64,000 bases of DNA from Sphaerodactylus townsendi (Eukaryota): contig NC_059437.1 in the NCBI RefSeq assembly GCF_021028975.2, positions 33,108,001 to 33,172,000 of the forward strand, written 5' to 3'. Below, in pieces: positions 32,835-43,940 of the stretch. The position numbers were made by a program, and so were the translations under genes. Each line of letters starts with the position of its first letter. Position 1 is the first letter of the stretch. The notes beneath the pieces are model-generated. The model searched no databases. It saw only the letters and a list, made by a program, of their open reading frames with translations, and had not been told where the DNA came from.

Positions 32835-35317
32835 GGCTTCAACAAGTCTTAGTCTTGCCCCATACATTCCAGGCTCCTGTAAAATGCAGGAGTGCCCACA
32901 GAAGTGTCAAATAGAAGGGAAGAAGCAAGCAATTGGGAACAAGGCCTTGCAAAGCAAGATCCTCTGTCATGTGCCTCCCAGTAGACATCAGGTGCACTCT
33001 GAAATAAATTAATACTCACTAAAAATGCTAGGGTTTTTTTTTTAAAAAGAATGTAAAAATTACACAGGCCCAACCAAATATTGGATCTGGATATAAAGGG
33101 AAACATCTAGTAATTGAAGCTGCCAGAGTATATACTTCTGACTTCTCAAGGTATTCACTCATCGTTCTTCAGTTCACTTGATGGGACATCTTCCCAGTGC
33201 TGCCAATGCACACTCTAGACAACCCATACTGTGCATTATCCCTGGAATCCAAGATAGAACCACAGCAGTCACTTCCCTTTCTTTTGTGGGAAACACCACA
33301 AGTCACAACCTGGAGGGCTGAACATGTTGCAATAGCACCCAACTGGGTTTACAAGTAAAGAGGTTTTGCCTTCACCAATACCTGGGCCACTTCAGAAACC
33401 AGCCCTGCTCAGCTCCCAATTGCAACCAGACTGAACCACTTAAAATGGGTAATCAATTACTAAGAGCAAAGGCAGAAGATGAGAGACCAGCAGTCTCTGG
33501 GATAGGAGTAGAGGGTTCACATACAGCAGTTTGCCAGTTACTTGCAGCAGGAAAAGTTCTCTGGTCTCAGCCCTTTGAAGCAAAAAAAAAAAATTGCAAC
33601 AGCTTTGCACCTACAGGCATATTGTTCCATGCAAGGACAGGCTACAATTTCCAGGATCTCCTGCAGAGGGTGCACACTTATCACTCAGCATTTTTATGGC
33701 CAATTCATGGCACTAATTGTGCACAGCAGAACAGAAGGGACATTAGAAGCTACCAAGCAACTGCAGCCACTGCTTAGCAAAATATGGCAAGAAGAGGCCC
33801 CCTTATGGCTGTGACCCCTCACAGCTGTTCTGGGGCCTTGGCAGGGTAATTCTCTGCTTGAACAGCTGCTGCATTTCTGCTCCACTGCTGCTAGGTGTAA
33901 TTCAAGGCTGTGGGGAGAATGCAGCTGATCTAAGTGCACTGTCACCAATTCATGGGTTGTAACTCAGAGTTTCCTGTATAAAACAGAAGTCTGGTGGCAC
34001 CTTAAACGCAAACAACAGTTATTCCAGAGTCTATAAGGCGGCACTTGTTCTGGTTCACTACAAAATGCTAACATGGTTATCCTTCTGGAACTTTAAAGCT
34101 CAGCCACTTTCAAGCACCTCTGGAAAGCTGCCCCCAAACCTTGCAACACAGTGTAGAAGGAATACAGTAGGGGCCTGGAGTATTTCTCTCCCATCACAGC
34201 CTGCCCAAGACCAAACCAATGTTGGAACCGCAGGTTCTGAAGAAAGCCGGAATTGCCCCCACTCCTTCCTCCAGGAGAAATTAGTCCTCTTGGGAGGGAA
34301 TTAAACACTGTCTAACCTGAAAAGGCATGGGCTCTGTTCAGACACTGCAGAGAAATCCATCTGCTGAGGAATCTTCCAAATACCCCTAATATTTCTATTC
34401 CTACCAGCGAGAAGAGGCTGCTGGGAAAATGCTACAGGGACAACCACACAAGATCCATATCTGGAATCCAATTCCTTGCCAGGAAAATCTGATTTGCCTT
34501 CCAGGTAGACAAGCAAGGAGGAACCGCAAGCATCTCCTTCCCACACAACACAGGAATTATGCCTATAGGCTGCCTCATTCTCACACACACACACACACGC
34601 TCCCTTGTCAAATGTTCAGTATGTTTCAGAAGGCTCGAGAAGGATGGTGCTTCCCATAGCAGGGCAGAGGGCACAAGCTAAAAAGGGCAAGGTTGAGTGG
34701 GAAAGAGGAAGCGTGTCTAGCCTCTGCTCCAGGCAACACCACCATCACAGCACGGCAAGGCGTCAAAACTACAGGCAACTGTACCCCAAACAGTGTCTCT
34801 GGGCATGCATGGGCACACAGAGGCCTAAGCTGCCCTTTCTAACCACTCTCTCTCTCACGCAATTATTTCATTCCCACTCACTCCCCATACTAAAAAGCCA
34901 AACTGTCAGGCTGTCACTCATATGCTCAGCACTGCCAGAGAAAATCAAGGCTGGGGGGCTCTGGATCAGATCCCTTTTTCTTTTTTTCCGCTCTCTTGTT
35001 GGCTTCTCCCAGTAACTTCAGGAACATCCTGAAGGGCAGCAGAAGGTCATTTTCCAGTTGATAAAATAACTGTGGGAGGTCTACTGTCCTTGCCACACAC
35101 ACCTCATTGGCAGATCTGGCCCATGCAACAACTATAACGATTTGATTCGGCGTTGTGCTCAATATGTTAGGTATGCTAAGACAGAGGAACGGCTACTTCC
35201 AGATCATGTCTCCAGGCCACCTGCCTGCCCTTTCTGGCTGCATTCTAAGGGCCTCCTCCAGAACCTCTACTGCGGAGTGACTGGTTCATGAATCCGGCTT
35301 CCATTGCACGGCTGCTC

Positions 35318-35923
35318 TCAACAGCACGAAGACCCCGACTTGGCACTGGAGCGAAGGTCAATGGTGTGGCCCAGCATACAGTGCTCCAGCTGCTCCTCCA
35401 CGGCCAACACCTGCCGAACAGCTTCCTCAAAGGCCACGGCCACGTTTGTGTCGTCCTTGGCACTGGTCTCTAGATAGGGGTAATTTCCATTTTCCAAGCA
35501 CCAGGCTTGGGCTTCTTCGGTGGTCACCTGCCTCTCCACCTTGTCTACCTTGTTGCCCAGCACAACAAAAGGGAAGTGATCGGGATCCTTCACGTTGGCA
35601 TAACAGACAAACTCCTTCTGCCAGTGGCCCAGATTCTCAAAGCTCTGGTGGTCGTCCACGCTGAAGGTCAACAGGCAGCAGTCCGCCCCCCTGTAAAAGG
35701 GGGTCCGCAGGCTCTTGAAGCGCTCCTGGCCTGCAGTGTCCCAAATCTGGAGGGTCACAAAGCGCCCGTCTACTTCCAAGTCACGGTTTAGGAACTCCAC
35801 CCCAATGGTGTGGAAAGCTTGAGAGTCAAACTTGTTGGTGACGTAGCGGTTCATGAGGGAGCTCTTCCCGACGCCACCATCGCCCAGGAGAATCACCTTC
35901 AGCAACAGCGACTTTCCGCTCAT
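35318..35923 (-). CDS. RAB9B: Ras-related protein Rab-9B, 201 aa, single coding exon
   Basis: MSGKSLLLKVILLGDGGVGKS, WDTAGQE, NKVD, ETSAK and C-terminal SSCC prenylation motif; acceptor ttattgcag|gccgctgccATG (exon begins 35932); position next to PLP1 favours the B paralog. Confidence 0.96.
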   Translation of the reverse strand: MSGKSLLLKVILLGDGGVGKSSLMNRYVTNKFDSQAFHTIGVEFLNRDLEVDGRFVTLQIWDTAGQERFKSLRTPFYRGADCCLLTFSVDDHQSFENLGHWQKEFVCYANVKDPDHFPFVVLGNKVDKVERQVTTEEAQAWCLENGNYPYLETSAKDDTNVAVAFEEAVRQVLAVEEQLEHCMLGHTIDLRSSAKSGSSCC

Positions 35924-36129
35924 GGCAGCGGCCTGCAATAAGGAAACCCACAGAGTTTAGATGAAGACGTGGCCTGACCTGGGAGCAGCTTCCCCACTCT
36001 CCTGGCAGAAAAAGGATGAGGGCAACTCTGGGAGAGGGAGCGGCCAAACATAGCCTGGCTCTTAAGGGGCTCTATGAATGAGCGACTCAGGGAGGCTTCC
36101 TCACCTCTTTCCATGGGATGCTAGTCTGA

Positions 36130-36960
36130 GAGGCGCAGCTCTGCTGGAGGCAACGAGCTGGCACGCAAGGGCGGGCCTCAGCCCCAGAGGCTCCACTTTC
36201 GCGGGGAAGCACGCAGGATGCGCGTTTCCCGCCTCATCCCGAGGCCAGCATCCCCGACGCAGAGTCCGGGACGCGGGCAGCAGGTGCGCAGGGCGGAGTC
36301 CAGCCTAGAGGTTGGGGGCAGAGGCTGCTCCGCTCTCCCATTGCAACTGAGGGCAGAGGCAGGGCGCTTGCAGCCTGTCTCCCAGGAGGGGCTTTCCTTA
36401 GCCTCGCCGCCTCCAGGAGACCCCAGCGCGCTCAACCCGCCCCCCTCGTCGGCAGCAGCAATTTAAGCGGGGTCAGGATGGATGCAGCCGCCCCGAGGGA
36501 TGCAGGGAGGGAGGACGCATTCCCTTGTCCAGGGGCGTCTGTCAAAGCCGCCCCCGCAGGCAGCGCACCTACTCGGCCGACCAGGACCCCGTCGGTGCTC
36601 GGATGCGCGTCTGCTCCCCGCGGCCGACCAGCAGCGCCTGCCGGGCGGGCCCCAAAGAGGCCGGTTCCCCTGCGCGTGCGCCGGCCGCATGCGGCTCCCG
36701 GAGATGCTCTCCGAGAGGGGGCGGGGTCTCCCGGGCCACGCCTCCTCGCCCCTCCCGGGAGTCGCGAGCGTGAAGCAGGTGCGCCATCATCAGCTGGCCT
36801 GGGTGGTGACGCGTGGCCGATCCTCCTTCTGGGCGACTCCTCGGGGAGCCTTGCAGCGCCGCCGCCTCTGGCTCCAAAACCTCTGCGCGTGAGGATGCAG
36901 AGAGCGAGTGGCCTTCTCCGAAAGGGGGCAAGGCGTGAGGATGCTGCTGAGTCAACTGCG
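36130..36960. promoter_or_regulatory. RAB9B: CpG island, RAB9B promoter and non-coding first exon region
   Basis: High GC and CpG density, GGGGCGGGG box near 36717, immediately upstream of the RAB9B coding exon. Confidence 0.8.
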
Positions 36961-39222
36961 TCTTGTGGTGGCCCACACTGGTTGCAATTCTCTCCATAGA
37001 TACGTATTGGGTTTAAGACTATTTATGTGTATGCTGGAGATATTGGTCGCCGCCCTGGACCTAATGCCGCTGGGAAAGGGCGGGGTGTGAATAAAATAAA
37101 TATCACTCCCATCCCTTCATGAGACTCCTGGCCAAGCCTTGAGCTAAGCGAGGCTTTTATGGTCCGGAAACTGGAAGTGAAGCAGCAAGAAGCAAGGCTG
37201 GGCCTTGTCACTTTTCTCCAAACTGGCTGCAGTAGTCATTTCGTGCAGTCAGCTCCCCACTCCCCCGAACGTATTCTTGGTCTCTTCCTGCCTTTGGAGG
37301 TGCATGGGTCTCTTCATGTGAGGGCATGTTTGTGGGACAAACTGGCTGTTGGCCAGTGGTTTGCAGTCGATTCGATGTACCTGGAGAGAGAGAGAGGAGC
37401 AACTCCCGTGCAAAGCTGTGGCAAATAAAGTTTTCGTTCTGAGTAGGCCAGAAAGTCACATTTTAGAGCGAGCCAGTTTTAGAGAACCCAGCCACTACTC
37501 GTGTCCATGAATATGAAGCTCAAATTGGGTTTCTGGCTATTCCAAATAAGTGCAATGCAGGTAGAACATACTCCTATGTCTTGGTATGAGTGGTAGCCAA
37601 ATCTCTGGCAAGGAACATAGCAGCACTTCTCTGCTGAGTGGCTTGCTGGCCAGAGTCTTGGGGGCCTTTGTAGGAGAATGTGGGATCCCAGAAGACAGGT
37701 AAAAAGCAGCCCCTGGTGCACTTTTAACCTAAGGAGGGAGGGCCAAGGTAGGAGGAACCTAATTGCATATGGTGTGCTATTGTCTCCTGCAAGGCAGTTT
37801 GAGAAGTGAGAGCAAAGATATCATAGGAAGGGCCAGCCAAAAACTCCCTTCCCTTTGCCAGGAAGTTTGGACTGTGCAAACATAACACACAGCTGAATGC
37901 TGCTGCCATGCGATAGAAAGGCAATAAATACCACTGGCACATACAGCTGAGGATGGTGCCCTGAGGAGAGGGAGAGAAAACAGGCATGATCCAATGTGGG
38001 GCTCCCAGCCAGGCATCTGGCACAGAGCAGAGCCCAGACATCATTTTTTCCGGGCCTAGCACAAACTTGTAATGTGATCCTCTCCTACACATGCAATCTC
38101 ATGAGTCATGAAAGAAAAAATGCCTGTTTTGCTTCTGGAATGACAAACCATCGCGTGGTAAGCGCTTGCTGTCAGGTTTCCTATTAAGGTATGCAGTTTT
38201 CCCCCAGGGCCCTGCTCAGGAATCTCAACTTGGGAGAGGGGTGCTAAGTGAATTTATAAGACCTGCTTGCAAAAGGGGGAAGATGGCACTATAGAGAAAG
38301 CCTGATAAGTGGCCTGATATATCTGGGTGGGAACTCCTCATCAGAGCCGGCTCTGGTGAGGGGGGGGGGTGCTACCTTGGGCACAGGAAGAGAGGGTGCA
38401 GTGGTGCAGCAGCGGCAGCAGGAGCCATCGGTCAGAAGGATGAGGAGCCCCTCCTCTGGCGACCTGTGCAACTGGGAAGAAGCATGATGAGGCAGAGGCT
38501 GCATGTGCTCGGCACATGGCCTACACATTGAGTTGAGCTCAACTGGGCAGCCGAATCTCGATTCTCATGGCCTCAGTCAGGCCTTGGTGTACCCAGTGCA
38601 TTGCAATCCCCATTGCCTCCCTCTTCTTCAGCAGGGTCCAACTGCTGACTGACTGGGTCAGTGTGTAGCCATCTTGTTAGATCATGAACTGGAGATGGGG
38701 AGAAAGACAATCTTGGTGCCTAGAGGGGGAAGGGAAAAAGAGGTGATCCTGCTGTAAATGGGGGGGGGGGGAGAGAAGAAGAAGCAATCCTATGCTCTGT
38801 CTCACCAGAAGATTTTAGGAGATTTGGAATTAATCCACCACTTCTTTCTGGACCTTCTTTGTAGTGTAATGTTCTGCAGTGGTCCTAGTGCCTAGTTAGT
38901 TCTCCCATCCCCCTTTACAATTAAGTGCCGCCTTCATCAAAAACATCTTTCTGTGCACTATTAAACATGGACCTTTGATAAAATAGCATTTATAGTGCAT
39001 CAGATGCCAGGTTGGCCCAGCGTTGCTTAACAAGAGGTAGACCAGTCCTAGATGCGGCTGCTATTCTAATATATGATCTGCAAAGCTTCCAAAACTGCTA
39101 ATAAAAAATAAAACCTTCTTTTTTAAGTTATCAGAGAATTGGGACTATTTTCAGTAACGGAAAGACGCTACTTTCACTTCTGCTGGACAATTACGTACCA
39201 CTAAGATCTTTCTGTGAGACAT

Positions 39223-39521
39223 AGCAGCAGTGGCGTAGGAGGTTAAGAGCTCATGTATCTAATCTGGAGGAACCGGGTTTGATTCCCCGCTCTGCCGCCT
39301 GAGCTGTGAAGGCTTATCTGGGGAATTCAGATTAGCCTGTGCACTCCCACACACGCCAGCTGGGTGACCTTGGGCTAGTCACAGCTTCTCGGAGCTCTCT
39401 CAGCCCCACCCACCTCACAGGGTGTTTGTTGTGAGGGGGGAAGGGCAAGGAGATTGTAAGCCCCTTTGAGTCTCCTGCAGGAGAGAAAGGGGGATATAAA
39501 TCCAAACTCTTCTTCTTCTTC
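39223..39521 (+). mobile_element. Full-length, young tRNA-derived squamate SINE
   Basis: Box A TGGCGTAGGAGG, box B GGTTTGATTCC, retained CpGs, (TCT)n tail. Confidence 0.9.
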
Positions 39522-39855
39522 CTTGATTGAATCAGTTCATCTCATGTTGGGTCTGCCTCTTTTCCTGTTGCCTTCCACTTTTCCTAGCATTATTATCTTT
39601 TCGAGAGAGTCTTGTCTTCTCACAATGTGACCAAAATACAATAGCCTCATCTCGGTCATTTTAGCTTCTAGGGAGCATTCAGACTGGGTTTGACCTGTGT
39701 GCATTATGGGCAAAGTCACTCCCAACTTATGGCAACCCTATGAATTGATGACCTCCAAAAACATTTGGGTCTTGTAAATGGAGGACTGTGGCATCCTTGA
39801 TGGCGTCAGTCAGTCTCATGTTTGCCGACTGCCTTCCACTATTCCTAACATTATT
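39522..39855 (-). mobile_element. RTE-BovB LINE 3' fragments
   Basis: Translation ECSLEAKMTEMRLLYFGHIVRRQDSLEKIIMLGKVEGNRKRGRP is characteristic of the BovB ORF C-terminus; a second decayed piece carries the GGGTTGCCATAAGT tail. Confidence 0.8.
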
Positions 39856-40770
39856 AGTTTGTCTGGTGAGAGGGTATTTCAGAAGTAAACTTGTCCAAAG
39901 ATCTCACCTGTGAGAGTTTTATCACAGGTTTGCCATGGTGTCTGAGCAAGGTAGGGCAGGTTAGGGCTAAGATGAGATGTGGTTTATTCATGCACATTGA
40001 TATCTGCCTCAGGCACCCCAGCCACAAACCAGATGTTTTGGACATTCTTGCGTGAGAATGAGAAGGGGTGGGTTATTCAGGCCAGATCTGTAGAAGACAT
40101 TTTCTTTCACCCTTCATACCTTCAGCAGAATGACGAAACCAGATCATTTTTGTAAGATGGGATGTGTTTTCTCCACACTATTCCTTATTCAACATACAGT
40201 TTAACCAATATGTAAGGCGCCTGTAGGAATCAAATTGTTTTTCCATTAGCTTTGTGCTAAAACTGAAGTTGTTTGTTTTAATCACCAGTCTAGAGGTGAA
40301 ACACCTTGTCATTCTTTATCAGTGTAGTACTTTTAAAGTACTTGTCCTTCCTGCAAGGAGCTCAAGTTGGCATCTTTCAGTCTTCCCTTCTCCATTTTAT
40401 CCTGAGAAGGAGGTTAGGCTGAGAATATGAGGCTGGCTCAAGGTTACTCAGCAAGCTTGCATAGCAGAGTAGTGAGCTGAACCTGGGACTTCCAGATTCA
40501 AGACCAGTTCCAGATCCAAGACCAGCGTGGGCGACACTATTCTAGAAGACAATGAAGAAATGTAAAAAAGCTGTCAACATGCCATTTTTATTGACATAAG
40601 AAATAAATCGCCATCTGAGTTTTACAAAAAAATTCTGGGATACTGTTTTTATAATTAATTTTGTTGTTGTTGGTTTTAATGTTCTATAATTGTTATTATG
40701 CTTTTATTGTTGTATGCCACCCTGAGCCCTTCAGGGGAGGGTGTCTAATAAATATAAAATATAAAATAAA

Positions 40771-43700
40771 AGCAGCGGTGGAGTAGTGGTTAAGAGCAGG
40801 TGTACTCTAATCTGGAGGAACCGAGTTTGATTCCCCGCTCTGCTTCTTGAGCTGCGGAGGCTTATCTGGGGAATTCAGATTAGCCTGTGCACTCCAACAC
40901 ATGCCAGCTGGGTGACCTTGGGCTAGTCACAGTTCTTCTGAGCTCTCTCAGCCCCACCTACCTCACAGGGTGTTATAGGAGAGAAAGGGGGGATATCAGG
41001 GGCGTACCTAGGCAAACTGCTGCCCGGGGACAAAACCTGAGTTTGGTGCCCCCCCCGCCCGGCGTATGGACGGCCACCCTCCCCCACCATGACCAAACAA
41101 TGATTTTTGTACCAGCTCACAAAACACCTCCCACTCCCATTAAAACATACATGGCTCTCTCCCCACCAACTCTTTTCCTAATTTCCTAATCACAACAACC
41201 CTATGAGGTAGGTTGTTAGCCTGAGAAACAACTCCAAGCCAGTGCAAGTGGGTATTAAGCATGTAAATCTCTCACAAATCACCCCCAGCAGAACATTTAC
41301 CAAACAAATGTCAGCATCATCTCTCACAAAACACCTCCACTGAAATCCACCCCCAAACAGCATCACTTTCAATGGTGTTTAAACTAGGGAGCTCAGATTC
41401 TTCTTTTAAATCTACCTTAAAGGGAGAATCTGGGGTCCCTGATTAAACTAAATTGAAAGTGATGCTTTGTTTGGGGGCAGAGGCTCCCCCACCCTGAAAC
41501 AGCATCACTTTTGGGGGTTGGAGATTCCAGAATGAAACAAATAGCAGATTCGGCTGGAATCTGGGCAAATTTAGGCACGATGGGACAAAAATTGTCCGAT
41601 TATGTCCCTACCAAATATGAACAGATGCATGAATGCACAAGGTATTTGGGCTTTTAGGGGTATTTTTTGTGATGTTTTGGCCTGCAGGGAGCACATTTTT
41701 AAAGTTAGTGGCACCATGGTTTCAGGGCATCATCCAGAGACTGCCCTGATGATACCACCTGAGTTTGGCAATGTTTGGTTCAGGGGCAGCAAAGTTCTGG
41801 ACGCCCAAATGGAATGCCCCCATACCCCATTGTTTTCCAATGGGAGCCTAACCTGAGATAGGGCTACCCATTTGAGGGACCATAACTTTAGTCCTCCTGA
41901 ACCTAACTTCACCAAGCAGGTGGCATCATAAGAATAGTTAACAGATGATACCCTGAAATTTTGGTGTCACTAGCTTTAAAAATACATCCCTTCCACGCAC
42001 CCCAAGAAATTTGCCCAAGATTTCTTGTTTTGCAGTGACTTTTGTGCATTGTAGCTAATGAGGGAATTTCTGGGGGGCAGGCTGCACATTTTTTTTTGAA
42101 GATAGAGGCGCAGACTTTCAGAGTTGGCTCCAGGAAGCCCTCCTGGTAATAGCATCCGGGCTTGGAGAGCTTGGCTTCTGAGGGTCCAATTTTATGAGCC
42201 CCCAAAAGGCTTATTTTGTTTCCACCCTCCTGCACTTGCAGCCTGCTGGCTGAGTTCTCTCAAGAACTTCTCAGCGCCCCCACCCACCCCCAAAAGCAAA
42301 GCTCTCACCAAGCTTGGATGCTATTACTCAAGACCTCTTGGAGCCACCTTGAAAGTCTGGTGCCTCTATCTTCTACCAAAATGTGTGTGGTCAGTGCTTG
42401 CACACTCAGGAATTCCCCAGAATCTGCCAGGCTCCTTCCAGCAAGTTCTGTGGTGGGAAACATTATTTTTCCCACCATAGACTTCAGCAGACTTTCTATT
42501 TATGCCCAGCTGGTGCTGTGGTAGAGGGGTTTCAATGGGAGAACCATGTGGTAGGGGTCTTGTTCTGGTGGGGGGCACTTATTTCCTGCAGGGCTGCTGG
42601 TGTGAGTCTCCTGAAAGGAACCAGCCAACTTTGCTAAGGTGTGCTTGTGATGGGCGAATGCTGCCGGGCATCGGGTTCTGCTTCAGCACAGTGCCCACGG
42701 CATTTTCCTCTTCCACACGCATTTTATGGTGGCTGGTTCGCTGGGAGACTTACACCAGCAGCCCAGGAAATGCCCCCAGCCAGAGCAGGATCCCTACCAC
42801 GGGTGCCTCCCTGTGTTGAAGCCTCAACCACTGAAACCATCTGGAGCATAACAGAAAACCCCGTGAAGAATCCACCACAGAACTTGCTGAAGAGCCTAAC
42901 AGATTCTGAGGAATCTCTGAGTGTGTAAGCGCTAACCACACATTTTTGAAGATAGAGGTGCCAGACTTTTCCAAGGTGGTTCCAAGAGGCAGCAATAATA
43001 ACATCCAAGCTTGGTGAGCTTTGCTGGAAGTGGGGGGGGGGGGGGGGGGTGAGAGAGTTCTGAGAGAACTCAGCCCACAGGCTTTAATGTGCAGGAGCGG
43101 GGAAACAAAATAAGCTTGCTGAAAGCCCATAAAATTGAACCCCCAGAAGCAAAGGTCTCCAAGCTCTGAATGCTGATACCAAGGAGACCCTCCTGGAGCC
43201 ACCCTGAAGAATCTGGTGCAATCTCTATCTTCAAAAATGTGCAACCTGCCTACACACTCAGAAATTCCCCATGTGGCTGCAATGGAACAAAGTCACTACA
43301 AAGCTAGAATCTTGAGCAAATTTCTTGAGGTGCCTGGAAGGAATCAACCATTTAAAGCTAGTGGCATAAAATTTCGGGGTATTATCTGATTAACAATTCT
43401 TATGATGCCACCCAAGTTAGGACTGAAGTTAGGTCTTCAGGGGGACCAAAGCTATGGTCCCTCAAATGGGTAGCCCCCATCTCAGGTTAGCTCCCATTGA
43501 AAACAATGGGGATGGGGCACCCCCTTTGGGGGTCCATAACTTTGCTTCCCCTGAACCAAACATCACCAAATTTGCGTGGTATCATCAGGACAGTCTCTGG
43601 ATGGTACCCTGAAATTTTGGTGCCACTAGCCTTAAAATTGTGCCCGCTGCAGGCCGGAACATGAAAAAACACTTAAAAACTTTAAAAACACACAAACGAC

Positions 43701-43824
43701 CCTGAAATGTTGGCGCCCCCCCCCCACGTGACCAAATGGGGGCGCCCGGGGACAGAGGGTACCCCCTGTCCCTAGGCAGGAACGCCACTGGGGGATATAA
43801 ATCCAACTATTCTTTTTCTTCTTC
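40771..43824 (+). mobile_element. tRNA-SINE (40771-40996 and 43799-43824) split by a DNA transposon insertion
   Basis: Same family as the 39223 copy; tail ...GGGGATATAAATCCAA resumes after the insert. Confidence 0.85.
40997..43790. mobile_element. Non-autonomous hAT-type DNA transposon, 2794 bp, with about 2-kb internal palindrome
   Basis: Perfect 8-bp TSD GGGGATAT (40989-40996, 43791-43798); TIR CAGGGGCGTACCT / AGGAACGCCACTG; no transposase ORF. Confidence 0.88.
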
Positions 43825-43839
43825 TAAAAATAAATAAAA

Positions 43840-43940
43840 GAACGTTAAGAGAGCTCTGCTGGATCAAACCAGTGGCCTATCTAGTCCAGCATCCTGTCTC
43901 ACACAGTGACCAAACATTTTCTCTGGAGGTCCAACAACAG
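43840..43940 (-). mobile_element. CR1 LINE 3' end fragment
   Basis: TAAGAGAGCTCTGCTGGATCAAACCAGTGGCCTATCTAGTCCAGCATCCTGTCTCACACAGTG. Confidence 0.7.

Noticed and set aside
35924-35938. N-terminal MQAAA extension of RAB9B in the ORF track
   Set aside because: Starts at a TTG inside the splice acceptor; the real ATG with strong Kozak context is at 35923.
36178-36999. Overlapping long Pro/Arg/Ala-rich ORFs on both strands
   Set aside because: Expected stop-codon depletion in the RAB9B CpG island; no recognisable domain.
39223-39295. Possible tRNA gene (box A and box B)
   Set aside because: SINE head; no convincing cloverleaf, and it continues into SINE body and tail.
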